This document shows, piece by piece, positions 13,625-28,101 of a stretch of DNA of 64,000 nt. Below the pieces are notes generated by a model, which was not told where the DNA came from, did not search any database, and saw only the letters and a list, made by a program, of their open reading frames with translations. Source of the stretch: Octopus vulgaris (Eukaryota); the NCBI GenBank assembly GCA_951406725.2, contig OX597832.1:22940001-23004000 (forward strand). The letters are read 5' to 3'. The position numbers and the translations under genes are program-made. Position 1 is the stretch's first letter. Each line of letters starts with the position of its first letter.

Positions 13625-14057
13625 CTAAACCTTAGAACCATCATGGCATCTCATGTGGCATATTAAACCAGACAATTTTCTGAAAAAAAGACACCCACAC
13701 AAATTGCACATCCGATTTGGACCACCAAGAGCTGCTGCTAAGTTTTGATCTTTGTGGATCTTAAAATGTCTTTTGAGGCTTCCGTTGGATTTGCAAACCT
13801 TCTGGCATATACACCATTCAAAGGTGTGCACAGGTATATAGACAGAATAGTTAGTAGAGTTTCGTTTTCCATGAGTTCGCAGATGAAATTTGAGCACTGC
13901 AAAAGACAGGCATAGTCTGTGATAGACTGTGCAGACAAAGAGGTCATTGTCATTCACTTTCTCGATCGTTACATTTTCCCTTAGACCTTTTTCAGTCTTA
14001 CATGCGTTATCCTGGGTTCTTCCACACTTTTGTTAGCATTGCGTGTCGATCAGAAGC
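13625..14057 (-). mobile_element. Degenerate 3' end of RTE-like LINE with three C2H2 zinc-finger repeats
   Basis: ORF 13625-13957: FVCTVYHRLC..LKFHLRTH, WCICQKVCKSNGSLKRHFKIH, CNLCGCLF..LICHMRCH; preceded by ASDR and EEPRITHVRLKK, like RTE ORF2 C-termini; fingers damaged and no TGEKP linkers. Confidence 0.6.
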
Positions 14058-14062
14058 AAGGG

Positions 14063-14094
<32 letters not shown>

Positions 14095-14254
14095 AGTTCA
14101 GCAAACAATTTAGATTCAAATTAATATGGTACATAATTTAGATGCACATTTTTTATGGTGTTACCCATAAAAATATGCAGGGTGATTATAATAAAAAATA
14201 AGCATGAATAAGCAACAAGAATGAATCCGGATTCATTCTTGTTGCTTATTTTTG

Positions 14255-14298
<44 letters not shown>

Positions 14299-14364
14299 GT
14301 ACATGCATACATATGTGTATGTATGTGCATGCATGTTTGTCGCTGTGTGTGTTTGTATGTGTAT

Positions 14365-14400
<36 letters not shown>

Positions 14401-14699
14401 ATCTCTGTGAATACATACATAAATGTTCGTTTCACTTTTTCAGTCTATTTACTTGATTATTAATTTAATAACATTCGATCGTAAATGTGATATTCATCTT
14501 CAGCCACAGTTTTCGTTACACGTTTCGCGTCTCGCTTTAAATAATTAATAATACTTCAGCCATTATCTTTTAATAAAACAACTTCATAACGGAAAGTTGT
14601 TTGAAAAATTATAATCTTTGCTTTGCATTAATTCTCAAGCGACAAATCAAACATGTCTGCATAGTTTGTCGCCTGTGATACAAACACAGAACCAACCAT

Positions 14700-14783
14700 A
14701 ATTATATCTTATATATATGGTTTTACTTTTTATCTTATATTAAACTTTTTAATAATTTTTGATAGTTATATATATTTAATAAA

Positions 14784-14820
<37 letters not shown>

Positions 14821-14986
14821 ATAAATATAAATTAATAATTTTAATTTTAAATTTAAATAATTTAAATTTTTAAATTATATATTTTATATATTTTGTATAT
14901 TATATTAATTATTTTTATTTTTATGTTTTGGTTTATGTTTTTCACTGTTTGATTTGCCTTCTAGTGGTTTTATCTCTAATTTAATT

Positions 14987-14990
<4 letters not shown>
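14700..14990 (-). repeat. Extremely AT-rich dispersed repeat (second copy 20110-20500, opposite strand)
   Basis: Shares aattagagataaaaccacta..gcaaatcaaaca.tgaaaaacataaaccaaaacataaaaataaa and taactatcaaaaa..attaaaaagtttaatata. Confidence 0.8.
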
Positions 14991-15029
<39 letters not shown>

Positions 15030-15479
15030 ATTGAAGGCGTACAAAAAATGTTAGAAAAGTATTTAATAAGACTATACTAACGTACATATACACACACACA
15101 TACTCACACATGCATATATGCACATAGTATTCGCGGGCTAGATCTTGTGGGGTTTTTTATGTCTCCTTTTCTTCTGGAATATTTCATCTATTGGGGAAGA
15201 GTCAGCGGCGCTGGAGAGCATAAAGCTTAAAGATTTAGTTGCGAAAAAGTTAGTTGACATGGAGGCTTGGAAGAAATCTGAATTTTGGGAAAGATTTACC
15301 TGCGATGATTCTAGCTACGTTACAAAATGCCGCCATCATGACTACTGCTTAATGCTTTGTGTACTTTGAGAATCTGTAAGACGTGGCATGGATAACGACA
15401 AGACAGCGGCAACGGAGACTACGATGCCATAGATAGTAAGTATTGACTGCGTCTGGACAACGGAATTCAACAGCACATT

Positions 15480-15985
15480 TTTAAAAGGGATTTAGGTTCA
15501 GTTCAGGCGGCCATGTGAAGGTGTTGGAAACTGGTCAATCAGAGCTGGAGGGAATTGCTAGCAGAAGGCCACGTGTGTGGCGTCGGGATTCATGTCTGTG
15601 CCATGCGTCCAAAAAGAGTCAGATATGGCAGTCGGAAATTGTCTAAGACTTCACGAGCCCTAATTTCTGGTATCCTGATTGTCCCACTTGTAATGCTGTG
15701 TATTTCTAAGCGCGGGATGCGACTGTGAATGAAACAAACTGCTCTGCCTCTAACACCAAGACCGAGCTGGTGGCCAAAGTCAAGCTCACAGTGATAAGCA
15801 AGGTTCCAGGGAAGTATCGGGGCCCTGTGAGTGCTGAGGGCGGCTACTTTGAATAAGCTGTTACCTCCCAGCCATACCCCGGTTTGAAATATTTGAGTTT
15901 TCAAAACACCATTAATTTCGGATAGGATGTTGAGTTTTACTTCCCTTTCCTGCAAACTCTCTAATTTACCCCGAACACTATGGAA
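15480..15985 (-). mobile_element. Degenerate I-group (I/Nimb-like) LINE fragment, post-RT region
   Basis: KLNILSEIN, KPGYGWEVTAYS and HSRIPRLEI resemble the LNILK..SKLDYG..EPPL.IR pattern; frameshifted. Confidence 0.45.
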
Positions 15986-16413
15986 GTATATATGTGCGTA
16001 TGTGGCTGGATGTATGTGTGTGATTGCGTGTGTATGCTCGCGCTTGTGTGTGTGTGTGTGTGTGTAATGAAGTGAATATAAATATATGATGTCTCTGCTA
16101 CGTTCGTTTCTATAGAGACAGTCATTGTTCGGCGCTAAACTTTCTGGCGAGTCAAATTTAATTTCCGTTTCAATATATTTTCCCTTCACCGACGTTGCTA
16201 TGGCGTTACAAGTTATTATCAGGTCTCACAGTGCGCATTTTAGTGTAGCTAATGGGTTAATTAATTATTTATGTAAACAAAACTTTTCATTAAAGTATAC
16301 CGAACACTGCAGAACTGATAGTTTTCATTCTTGAAAAATGGCGTATCGCTCATACATTTCCCAAAGACTACCTACGTATTTATTACTTTATCAGGAAACA
16401 CGATATTCATATA

Positions 16414-16444
<31 letters not shown>

Positions 16445-16628
16445 TACATACACACGTACTCACACATGCGCACGGACACAAATATACACTCACGCACATG
16501 TACACATACCCGTAGTTTTATGTATCTTTTTATGTGATTGAAGTTTCGCTATTCAAAAAATTTTAAAAAACAAACAAAAAAAAGCAATTTACGATTTCCT
16601 CAAAAGTATAAACAGTTTTCAGGAAGGT

Positions 16629-17305
16629 TACGAGGATTGGCTGAAAAGTTCATGGGCTGACCGTGATACTCTCAGGGAATATGACCAAATGAGGTTTATT
16701 TTTCAACAGAATCTCTCTTTCAGTTCACACACTTCTTCCATCGGTGTTTGAGTGCTTGGTTCCCATTGGTAAAGAAACTCGTCTCCCATTGGTCATAAAA
16801 GACAACAACAAATATAATGTCATCATCGCTGCAATATGGGTTCCCAGCTGTCTCTTAATGCTGGTCAACAGATTATGTTCTGATGGAGTCAAATCGGTGG
16901 AATAAAAAGAGTGCTCAACTAGTCCACAGACACAATTACACACAGCAGCCATTGAAACAAAGGACTTGTGAGATCGAGCATTGTCCTGATGAAACAAGAA
17001 ACGAGATCAGTTTCATTGGGCATTTCCTCTTGATAGTTTTTCTTACCGGCCACAGCAAGTTGTCATAGTGCTCTCAATCAATGGTGTGGTCCGTTTGAAA
17101 ATAATCAATAAATACAATGATTTTTGCTTCCACAAAAGACCGAGGTCATCGCATTTCCTGCAAATGAAATGAATTTGGCTCACTTTGGACAAGGTTAGGT
17201 TGAGTATTTCTACTGCATGGATTGTCTCTTTGTCTCTGGCTGAAAGTGATGAACTCAACACTCATCCAGGCTTAGAAAGTATTCTTAGAAACCAGCTGGA
17301 TCAGA
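16629..17305 (-). mobile_element. Mariner (DD34D) fossil, catalytic-domain half with TIR
   Basis: TIR tacgaggattggctgaaaagttcat; EC*VHHFQPETKRQSMQ*K, FHQDNARSHKS, HSFYSTDLTPSE (cf. HPPYSPDLAPSD). Confidence 0.9.
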
Positions 17306-17604
17306 TAATGTGTGTATAGTTATAAGAAAAGAGTGAGAGAAATTGTTTATAAAATGTGTAAGAGCTTTTTAACACAAGTGTGATGATCTAATGTCTATAG
17401 AGAGAGTGGGTTGGTTTTATGAGCAGAGTTGACTATTTCCGATTTAGTATACAATGTATACTTTGTTTTTGTTCATAATTTCCTTCCTCTCTTTTTGGGA
17501 TTCTGCTTGAAATGAATACAGTAGGAAAAAATTTATTAATAAGTTTTAAATTTAAGAAAACTTTTCTTCAAATACTTACCATGTTTTATTAAAGATTATA
17601 TATA

Positions 17605-17655
<51 letters not shown>

Positions 17656-18740
17656 GTGCGCGTATTAGGGAGTATGACTCCAAACTTACAGGGAAAAATT
17701 ACATATATCTATACAGGCTGCACGTGCGCGCGCGTGTGTAGATATAAGAAAAGCGTGACATAAATTATTTATTAAATGTGTAAGAGTTTTTTAAACACAA
17801 GTGTGATGGTCTAATGTTTAATTTATCAGTGAGGATTTATTTGAGTATTTATTTGATATATAATACATATTTGGTATAAGTGATATTGTAGTTTTTGTTT
17901 TGTGGTGGTGTTTTGTATAGTAGTCAACACGAGTTTGAATTAATATTTAGAATTAGATTTATATTAGATGTTTATTTAATTAATAAATATAATTTAACTT
18001 ATGAATATTAATTACATTATAGTTTCTTAGATTAACTTCAGAATATTAAGTTAGTGGTTAGAAAATTGAGACCGATTGAATAAGTACCGTGTTGAATGTG
18101 TGCAGGGGTTGATTTGTTCGAATAAAGGTGGGGCTCCAGTATAACCAAATTTATATGACTGAAACAAGTAAATTAGTATAAGGGTAATAGAGAATATAGA
18201 GTAAATTGTAGTTATGTAAATTAGTTTAAGTATGTTATGAATTTTAGTATATTTGGTTTTTAAGTGTTTTCCTAGTAATTTTGGAATTTTGAAATTCCTT
18301 GGTTTTTGTGATTTTATTCTCTTTTTGGTAAAGCTAAAATATATTTTGTAGCTTTCACTGATAAAATGCATATTTCTATCTGTTAGTTTTATTTATTTAA
18401 GACACGTCTTCACGAGTAAATTTATAAACGCTAAGTAATACGCTTTTCGTTTTGAAACTGTTTAGTTCATAATATATCTTCGGAAAGATAAGTATACAAT
18501 GTATCTAAGAAATAATAATGTATTCTAGATGATTATTGATTTAAAAATATATGGATTTCTATTTCTTTTATTTGTTAATGATATTTTCGATACGTACATT
18601 TATTTAATTGTTCTTATTATTATAATTATTATATGTAAACTAAAATTGAAAAGTATTAGTTTACATTACAATCTAATGATTGTAATGTAAAATTTTTAGT
18701 ATAGGTAGTGTGAAGTTTTTTATACTTAGTACTATTGAAT

Positions 18741-18741
<1 letters not shown>

Positions 18742-18826
<85 letters not shown>
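18742..18826. repeat. (TAA)n microsatellite
   Basis: Directly visible. Confidence 0.98.
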
Positions 18827-18830
<4 letters not shown>

Positions 18831-18919
18831 ACTTTTTTCGCAAATAATTTTATAAACGACAAGCAATGCGTTTTTAGTTTTGGAATGTTTATTTTTTATT
18901 TAATAAATATTTTCGGAAT

Positions 18920-19610
18920 AAGCCGTTCCTTACGCTGCTTCATATTGATATACAGACACCATTTTTCGCCGCCAGTAACGATTCAGTAAAGAAATCGTTG
19001 ATTGTGACCATGAGTTGAGCGGTGACGAGCAAGCAAACCAGCGGAGATTTTGGCTCGTTGATTTTGCTATCGTCACGTAAAGCATGCGGAACCCATGCTC
19101 CATACTTCTGAACCTTTTCCATCGAGTGAAGATGCTTCTCTATAGCAGTGTAGGAACATTCCATTTTCTCTACCAATTCCCTTGTCGTTTGACGAGAATT
19201 TTCGTGCAAAGTTTGGTTTAATCGCTCTTCATCGAACTCAACTGGATGGCCAGAACGAGGTGCGATTTTGAGGTCAATATTTCCATTTTTGAACTTGGCA
19301 TACTAATCACGAGCGGTTCTTTCAGCTATGACACCCTCTCCATACACAGCACAAATGTCCCGAGCAGCTGTTGCGCCCTCAGAATCTTGATTAAAAGCAA
19401 AAAAGAAGGTGTCGAAAATGCTCGTTTTTCGTAACTTGACATTCCATTTTAATGATCTGAAAATAAACAAAAATTAACTAGAAAAAATCAAAATAAATTC
19501 CAAAATGATTCAAAAATAGAATTCTCGAAAAAAATTAATTCCAAAATTTTATAACGCGATAAATTCCAAAATAAAAAGAAATGGCGAGAACTTAGTTGCC
19601 AACCCAATAT
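18920..19610 (-). mobile_element. Mariner fossil, 5' half with TIR
   Basis: TIR tattgggttggcaactaagttctcgcc; EHFRHLLFAF..ICAVYGEG, RQTTREL, GAWVPHAL (WVPHEL motif), IVTGGEKWCLY. Confidence 0.92.
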
Positions 19611-20060
19611 ATTTTTTTGTGATATAATTAAATTATTAGCAACTTACCTTCTCTTTAGTGATTGTTCGTTACATGTTAGCTGTCACGAACAAAATGATTA
19701 ATTCAACTTCTTTATCACTATCCACTGATATTACAAATTAATATTGTTTCATTTCAGATATCGTAGTGTGTTTTGGATTTGTTAATGTTTTTATTTTGTA
19801 GATATTTGTTGTAATGTATTGCCTTTGTATTTGCCTTTTCAATCTATAACCTGTCTTGAAACATGTTATCAACCAAACACTCTATTTTCCAAGGAAATGA
19901 GTAACTTATTTTATCGAGACTCTCATTGCAACCGCGTGGTATCGAGGTTCGGGTTTCGTACCACTGCACAGCATTTTCAGCAAGCAACTTTTACTATAAC
20001 CATGGGCCCAATAATGACATGTTTGTGTATTTCGTAGAAGGAAACTCTGTCAACATTCGT

Positions 20061-20109
<49 letters not shown>

Positions 20110-20114
<5 letters not shown>

Positions 20115-20500
20115 AATTAAATTAGAGATAAAACCACTATTAAGCAAATCAAACAATGAAAAACATAAACCAAAACATAAAAATAAACATAATCAATATA
20201 ATATACAAAATATATAAAATATTAAATTTAAATTCAAATTATTTAAATTTAAAATTTTAATTTGTATTTATAAATTTTTAGTTCATATTTATAAATATTT
20301 AATTTATATTTATAATTTTTTATATTTTTTAAATATTTTTTAAACTTTAAATTAATAAATTTTTTAATTTTTTAAATTAAAAAAAAATTTTTTTCTAAAT
20401 ATATATAACTATCAAAAATATTAAAAAGTTTAATATACGATAATATTTATATATATATATGTTTTTTATAAAATTATTTTAGTATTTTCTATCTTGACTT
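20110..20500 (+). repeat. AT-rich dispersed repeat, copy of 14700-14990
   Basis: See 14700-14990; flanked by (TA)n on both sides. Confidence 0.8.
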
Positions 20501-20510
20501 ATTTTTCATA

Positions 20511-20554
<44 letters not shown>

Positions 20555-21828
20555 TGTATGTTTAGGATTGTGCTTCTCTGTCCAATCGATTGACAACCGG
20601 TGTCGGTTACTTTATAGCCAAGCAATTTAACAGTTAACCAAAAAGCAATCTGTAAAATAAATATCAACCTTTAAAATATGTATCAAGGATGATATCTTTG
20701 ACTACATCCAACGAAACTGCAGGCTGCCATTGGTGAAGTAAAATGACTGAAACAAGATATTTTCAAGTCGAAAATTTCGGTGAAGGAAATAGTCCATTAC
20801 ATCAACACCATTATGTACCTATTTTAAAACTCTTAAAATAAAACGGCATTACTGAATACCACAAGGCAGATCCTCACCGCTCTAACTTTCTGCAATTCAC
20901 TGCCATTTAAACCACATTTATGAAGCATCGTAAAGAAGGAAATTCCTCTACACGGAAAAATTACTTTGTATGAAATAGCGGGCAAATTCTCTGAAATCAG
21001 CCCCCACCAGAACCACCACCACTAACGCTTTGAATCGGCCTTCGTAACGAAGTGAGCGAGATTGTCTCTGTAAAGATTGCGAATAGCGACATAAGAACTT
21101 TGATGAACAGGAAACAAAACGATTGACTGTTTACGCAAAAAACTAAAAAACGATCGATCTTTTAGTTGAAAAGATATTTACTCAATTGATTAATAATAAA
21201 GTGCGATTGACCCTGTGCATGTGTAATTAATATTGGTGTAATGAGTCTCACAAACTACAACAAATTTTGTTTGAACACACGAATTCATATAATGAAGTTT
21301 GCAAATCAAATACAAAAAGGACACATTAGCCATAAAACGTTGTATATATATACAAAAAGGGTGGGGTCAGATCTAGGCTGATATTGTATTGTTTAAAATT
21401 AAAAAATTAATTGACTCAGAAAAGAGGGAGCAGCATGCTTGGTTGTTGCTTTTTATTTTGTTATTTTTGTTGTAGGAATAAAAGAAGTGAATAGTCATTT
21501 GCGAAAAATTGGTTTCTGTGAGATTTCAAAGTATCTGTGAGTGTACGTGTCTCTGAGTGTCTGTGTGTGTGTACGTCTTTCTCAGTGTCGGTGAACGTGT
21601 AATTGTAAGTGTGATTGTATGTGTCTCTGAGATAGTTGCGTACCACTTAACAACCGGTATTGCTTTGTTTACGTGTCCGTAAAAAGATCAGCCTGTTCTC
21701 ACGTGCTACGCGGACTCAAAGAAACACAGATACACACACAGTCACACAAACCACAAACGCACACAGATTTCGATCTCTCTCTCTTTCTTTCTTCCTTTCT
21801 TTCTTTCTCTCTCTCCCTCTCTCTCTCT

Positions 21829-21868
<40 letters not shown>

Positions 21869-22641
21869 GAACACTAAACTATGTGATTTCGAAGCAAATT
21901 TCTTTCCAAACACACACAGCCACCTACCAACACTTGCGCTTATCTTTATATATATATATGTGCAAATGTGTCTACCCAATTTGCTCACCGGGAATTGATC
22001 CTTCTTACGGTTTACTATCAAGAAACTACATTTGGTGAAGATGCTCTGCAGTTGAAGCGAATCCGGAACCACGTAATTTTGAAGAGAATGCCTTCATCAC
22101 ATACCCAAAACACTTCTCGTGTGCTCCATTCTGCGTAGTGTACGCTTGCTTGTAGAAGATTAGCCGTTGAAGAAAGAATTACAGACCTCTCCATCCGAAG
22201 GCACAACCTCAGGCAGTTTCTATAATTTTTACGTGTCCAGAATTACGAGGCGTCCCCACCAATGGATTGTAGTATTTTCTTTAGCCTACTGGTGTATTTT
22301 AATCCTAAGTTTACACTGTTATTGTAATACGTTTTTGCAAAACACCTTAGTAAACCGTCCCCTCCTTGAAATATATAAACAAAATTACAGCTAGTTTCCC
22401 CTTCCAGTAATTCAATGTTAAGCACACGTTTAGCTGTTTTAATTTTCCTTTTGTTTCATATATATCCGAGATCCCTACTTTTCAATAGCATATTTTGCCT
22501 TGAGTTGAAATATTCTAAATTCTGCTCTGAAGCAATTTACAGAAATTCGCTCTATCTTTTGTTACTTTTAAAGTCACTCAGTTTGCTTGTAGAGTTTCTC
22601 GTAATCCGCTAACGGTATTTTTATGTTACTTCAATGCATTA

Positions 22642-22710
<69 letters not shown>

Positions 22711-23399
22711 TTTGTGCTTGTGTGCGTGTGTGTGTGAAAATCAGTACATTTATGAATCACCATATATAATTTCCAGCTAAGATGACAGCATAGTAGCTTA
22801 GTGGTATTTCGTCTGTCTTTATGTTCTGAGTTCAAATTCCGCTGAGGTCCCAAGAATCAAGTACCAAAAATGAAATTTCTTATCTTCCATCTTAAAGGGT
22901 TACAGAATTAACAAAGTTGATAGAACATAAACCTTCTCCCACGAAAAGATAGCTTAAACTGTGCTCTAAATGGAGGTATAGTCAAATCCTATTTTAGTGA
23001 CTCAACCGGGTTCTAAAAAAAAGTCGAAAGTAAGCTACTATAAATCGGCACAAACATTCCGGACAACCCAATGAAAGCAGTCATATTACTGCTGTTTGAG
23101 TGGAAGAGACAAGATAGAGTGGATATGATAAGTCGAGAAAGAGTAGAAGGAACCAAAGATTCACAGTATGGTTTGAAGGAATTCGAAACGCGCTGAATGT
23201 AACAGGAAAATGTTTTTGACTGTCAAGGCTAGAACAATGTATCTAAAGTACAAAGTGACGGAGTATGTAGAATGACAAAGGAAAGAGAGGGGGTCATCGA
23301 AAAGAGGTTTCGAGGAATAACAAAGAAAAATCTCTCTGTGAAAGCAGGAAGGTTTGCTTGCGAGAGGAATTGACGCATGTGGGCAAAGTCACCGTACAA

Positions 23400-24000
23400 T
23401 CAGCTTGCAGGAAATTCTGGGTTCCATGCCAGATAACGACTTCCTTCCTTCTGTGTGTGACCTTATCAAATAACCTGATAATTTGATGCAAACAAGAAAG
23501 ACCGATCTACAGAAAGTCTGGAACAATTTTTCCATCCTGAAACATATTTGGACGGATGAGTTAGAGCAGTGGGAAAAGGCCGTTAAAAGTTAAGATTATT
23601 GCTAAGTGTACAAACCTGCAGAAGGGAAAGTGAACAAACAACCGGTATCACCATCCAAAGTTATCAGATTCCTTAGGTAAGATGATATGGCCCTTAAGAC
23701 AAAATTATGTGTTAGGGCTTTGGATCACGCCTCTTGCTGTGAGATGCAATTGTATGTGATAGGGAGAGGCATAATTTTTTAGATTGAAGAAGTAGCATCT
23801 TTCTCACCAGATATTCGATCTATTCAGAAACACACAAAAAAAACCTCAGACTGACCTGAAATCATAGTTCCCATGGAGGACTGAAAAATTAAAACCAACA
23901 GCAGAATAGAAAATCCCAAACTGGCTAATGAAGTTCTTACTAAATAACAACATACAGTATCATTCCCTGTTTAAGACAGCACCGATACTTTCCCAGCAAG
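23400..24000 (+). mobile_element. Highly degenerate LINE ORF2 (endonuclease/tether region) remnant
   Basis: RIENPKLANEVLTK*QHTVSF resembles the tether motif (AE.LN..F.SVF); purine-rich plus strand; boundaries uncertain. Confidence 0.3.
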
Positions 24001-24285
24001 AGTTTGCGCTATTTCTTGGGGACGATAGCTTCGGTACTCAAACGAAAGACGAAAGCCCCTATGCTTATGACAATGGCAGCTGAGACCAGATGAAGGTGGT
24101 TATGTTTAAGGAGAAACCACAGACATAACCTTCTTGCTGTCGGCGAAGGATTAGAGTTGACTTTGAAATATCTGATAGCGATAGAGTAGGGTTCTCATCC
24201 AATGCATTAGATTTCGTAAGCAGGGAAAGGCGGGCTGATTTATTATTTCATCCACAGATATGTATGTTTATATACACACAGACAT

Positions 24286-24665
24286 ATGACCTAAACATTA
24301 GCTTCAAGGTTCATCCAAGACTTGGACCACGGGCTATACGTCCCCTGCCAAATTCAAGATCACAACATACATGTACACTGCAACATAATTTCTTTTCCTC
24401 AACAGGCCCTGCCCTATTTAACATTCCGAGGGAGATCAAAGAGGAAAAGGATCCCATCAACTTTAAACAGAGTCTGGATAGATTCCTTCAAAGAATACCA
24501 GATAAGCCACCCATAATTGGATACAACTCACCCAACACGAACTCACTACTTGAACAAAACTTGACTTAAACAGGATTCGAATAATCCTATCAGGTGGTGC
24601 TATTAAGTTAGACATGGCCTGGACCAATCTCTGGTCGAAACATATCTAAGTTTATCTAAGTTTGT
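24286..24665 (+). mobile_element. CR1-like LINE 3' end
   Basis: HNFFSSTGPALFN..FKQSLDRFLQRIPDKP..GY..NSLLE; 3' UTR caggtggtgctattaagttagacatggcctgg; tail (atctaagttt)2. Confidence 0.78.
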
Positions 24666-24705
24666 ATACATATATGTATATAAATGTATATGCTTATATG
24701 CATAC

Positions 24706-24765
<60 letters not shown>

Positions 24766-24952
24766 TATGTATATAAGTATACACATAGACGTAAATATAC
24801 ATTTACGTATATGTATATACATATGATAGACATGTAAATTTGTATATATATATATATATATATTGTTTTCATTGGAATCCCTCACTACAATGTTATCGAC
24901 GTAATGATATAATGCTAGGAAAACTTATTTTCATTATTTATATATGTTATGC

Positions 24953-24972
24953 TATTATCATTATCATTATTA

Positions 24973-25021
<49 letters not shown>

Positions 25022-25044
25022 CATTATTATTATTATTATTATTA

Positions 25045-25111
<67 letters not shown>

Positions 25112-25144
25112 CATTATTATTATTATTATTATTATTTATTATTA

Positions 25145-25235
<91 letters not shown>

Positions 25236-25266
25236 TATTACCATCATCATGATCATCATTATCATT
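24953..25266. repeat. Compound (TAT)n/(CAT)n microsatellite
   Basis: Directly visible. Confidence 0.98.
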
Positions 25267-25722
25267 AGGAATTTACAAGACCAGATTCTGGTATAACACG
25301 ACACACAGAAAGCTGAACAAATAAATTTATAAATACGAGGGAAAAAAACAAATCAACAAATTCATGTATTATTTCGTATATCTTCTTTCCATTGTATTTC
25401 AATACGTAGTTTTAGTAACAAATTACCGTCAGCATAATTCAAGTAGGATATATCGTTTTATTTATCACACTATTCAATATACTTTGTATCGGACAACGAT
25501 ATTAAATAATGGGATATTGATTATGAAAGGTCTATGAAAAGAATAGTGATAATAGGTGGTCATAAATAAAGTAATTCTAATGATATTATTCAAATTGATA
25601 CGACATATCTTCATTCAAATCAGAACGTATCAGCTCCACCATTGTGGCGAACGAAATTTGTAGAAATTCATTTAGGAAAGCAATCTGTACAATTCGTTGT
25701 GAGGTTCTCTTGAAATATGCTT

Positions 25723-25786
<64 letters not shown>

Positions 25787-26043
25787 ATATACGTGTGTGT
25801 GTGTCTCTAATAATATTTTATATATATATATATATATACATGTATATATACGTGTGTGTGTGTGTCTGTGTGGATGTAGATGTGTAAAAGAAATAAGTTG
25901 ATAAGAGCAGGACAAAGAATGATGTTCAAGCAACGAAGGAAATCGAATGAATTTTACCAGATATCTTTAAGAGTAAAGAAATCTGAGCGTCTAACTAAAC
26001 ATATCACTTGAAGAATTTGTTTATCACTGTCTTCAGAGTATAT

Positions 26044-26150
<107 letters not shown>

Positions 26151-26153
26151 TAT

Positions 26154-26190
<37 letters not shown>

Positions 26191-26235
26191 TGTAAATATA
26201 TATATAGATAGATAGATATATAGATATATAGATAT

Positions 26236-26266
<31 letters not shown>

Positions 26267-26564
26267 TACATATACATATATACATGCATGAGTGTTTTAT
26301 ATACGTATAAATACAAATATATATATATGTGTGTGTATGTATATATAGATATATAGATATATACATGTATATACATGCATGCATATTCTGAATTGCTTTT
26401 ATTAAGTTAGACTGCAAAACACGATATTAAATCATACATCTATCATCAGCTTCTTTATTTTTATAGAACATTTTACAGGCTTCGGCATATTGATATATTC
26501 TTTGAGAAACTGATACCCACGTAGGCATATACACACAACACCATCCACTACAGATGTTTATATA

Positions 26565-26600
<36 letters not shown>

Positions 26601-26643
26601 ACATATGTGTGTGTATATATATATGTGTATGTGTATGTGTATG

Positions 26644-26677
<34 letters not shown>

Positions 26678-26807
26678 CATGTGTGTTTATATACGCAGGT
26701 AATTGTAAGTATATATATACAAATGTATACCAAACGAGTGTGGTTTTGTATGAGGATAAGCACATTTTACTGTACATAAGAATCATAAATATCTGCAAAA
26801 GATAAGT

Positions 26808-27250
<443 letters not shown>

Positions 27251-27382
27251 CAAACTTTCAAAGAAACTTTCTATCACCTTAAGATATAATTCGAAGTACG
27301 ATTAACAAACATTAAAAGAAAAACAAGACTAGTGAAGGAAATATTATCGAAATAGACAAGGATAGACAACAAAAATATTTAT

Positions 27383-27424
<42 letters not shown>

Positions 27425-28101
27425 TCCCGATGTTGCCGTTCTCTTTTAGTAAATTTTTGTCTATTCGATACGATGGTCGTATCACGCTGGTCACACTGTG
27501 AGTATACTGCTGGTTTGTCTCAGATTTTGTTGTTAGTCAAACGTACAGTCTGTTGTGTATAGTAATTTTTACTACACATTTAATGTTATTTATTATCATC
27601 TTAGATAAGACGGTGATCTGAGCTGCCAATATCGTTAGAGCTTGATTGATTTGTTGTGTTTGGCTTTTGACTTCAAATCCTACTCTGCTTTTCATCCCTC
27701 CGAGTACGATTAATGAAACTATCTGTCTAGTTAAATGATTTCTTATATAGTCTGATTACGTACTCGCAAAAACGCATGGCTTTCTTCCTAACAGAGAAAC
27801 GATATATGTCGAGATAAGGTAGCAAACTTGGAGAATCGTTAGAACTTGAGTAAAAAATTATATTATTTGCTCCAGTTCAAATCCCGTCGACGACGTTTTA
27901 CTTTTTATCACTCTGAGGTCGATAAAATGAAATACTTACCTACAACTAGGGTTGATTGTATTCAGAGGTCCCATCCCTTTAAATCCCCTTGTGCCTAAAT
28001 GAGAAACAGGGTACATAATTTACTTACGGTGATCCACCGAAAAGCTCTGCCAGTAACCGTACGGTGAGTGGAAAAGCATAAGAGAGGCAATCTCTTAATT
28101 C

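Noticed and set aside
22018-22215. Possible mariner N-terminal remnant on the minus strand
   Set aside because: Similarity too weak to assert by eye.
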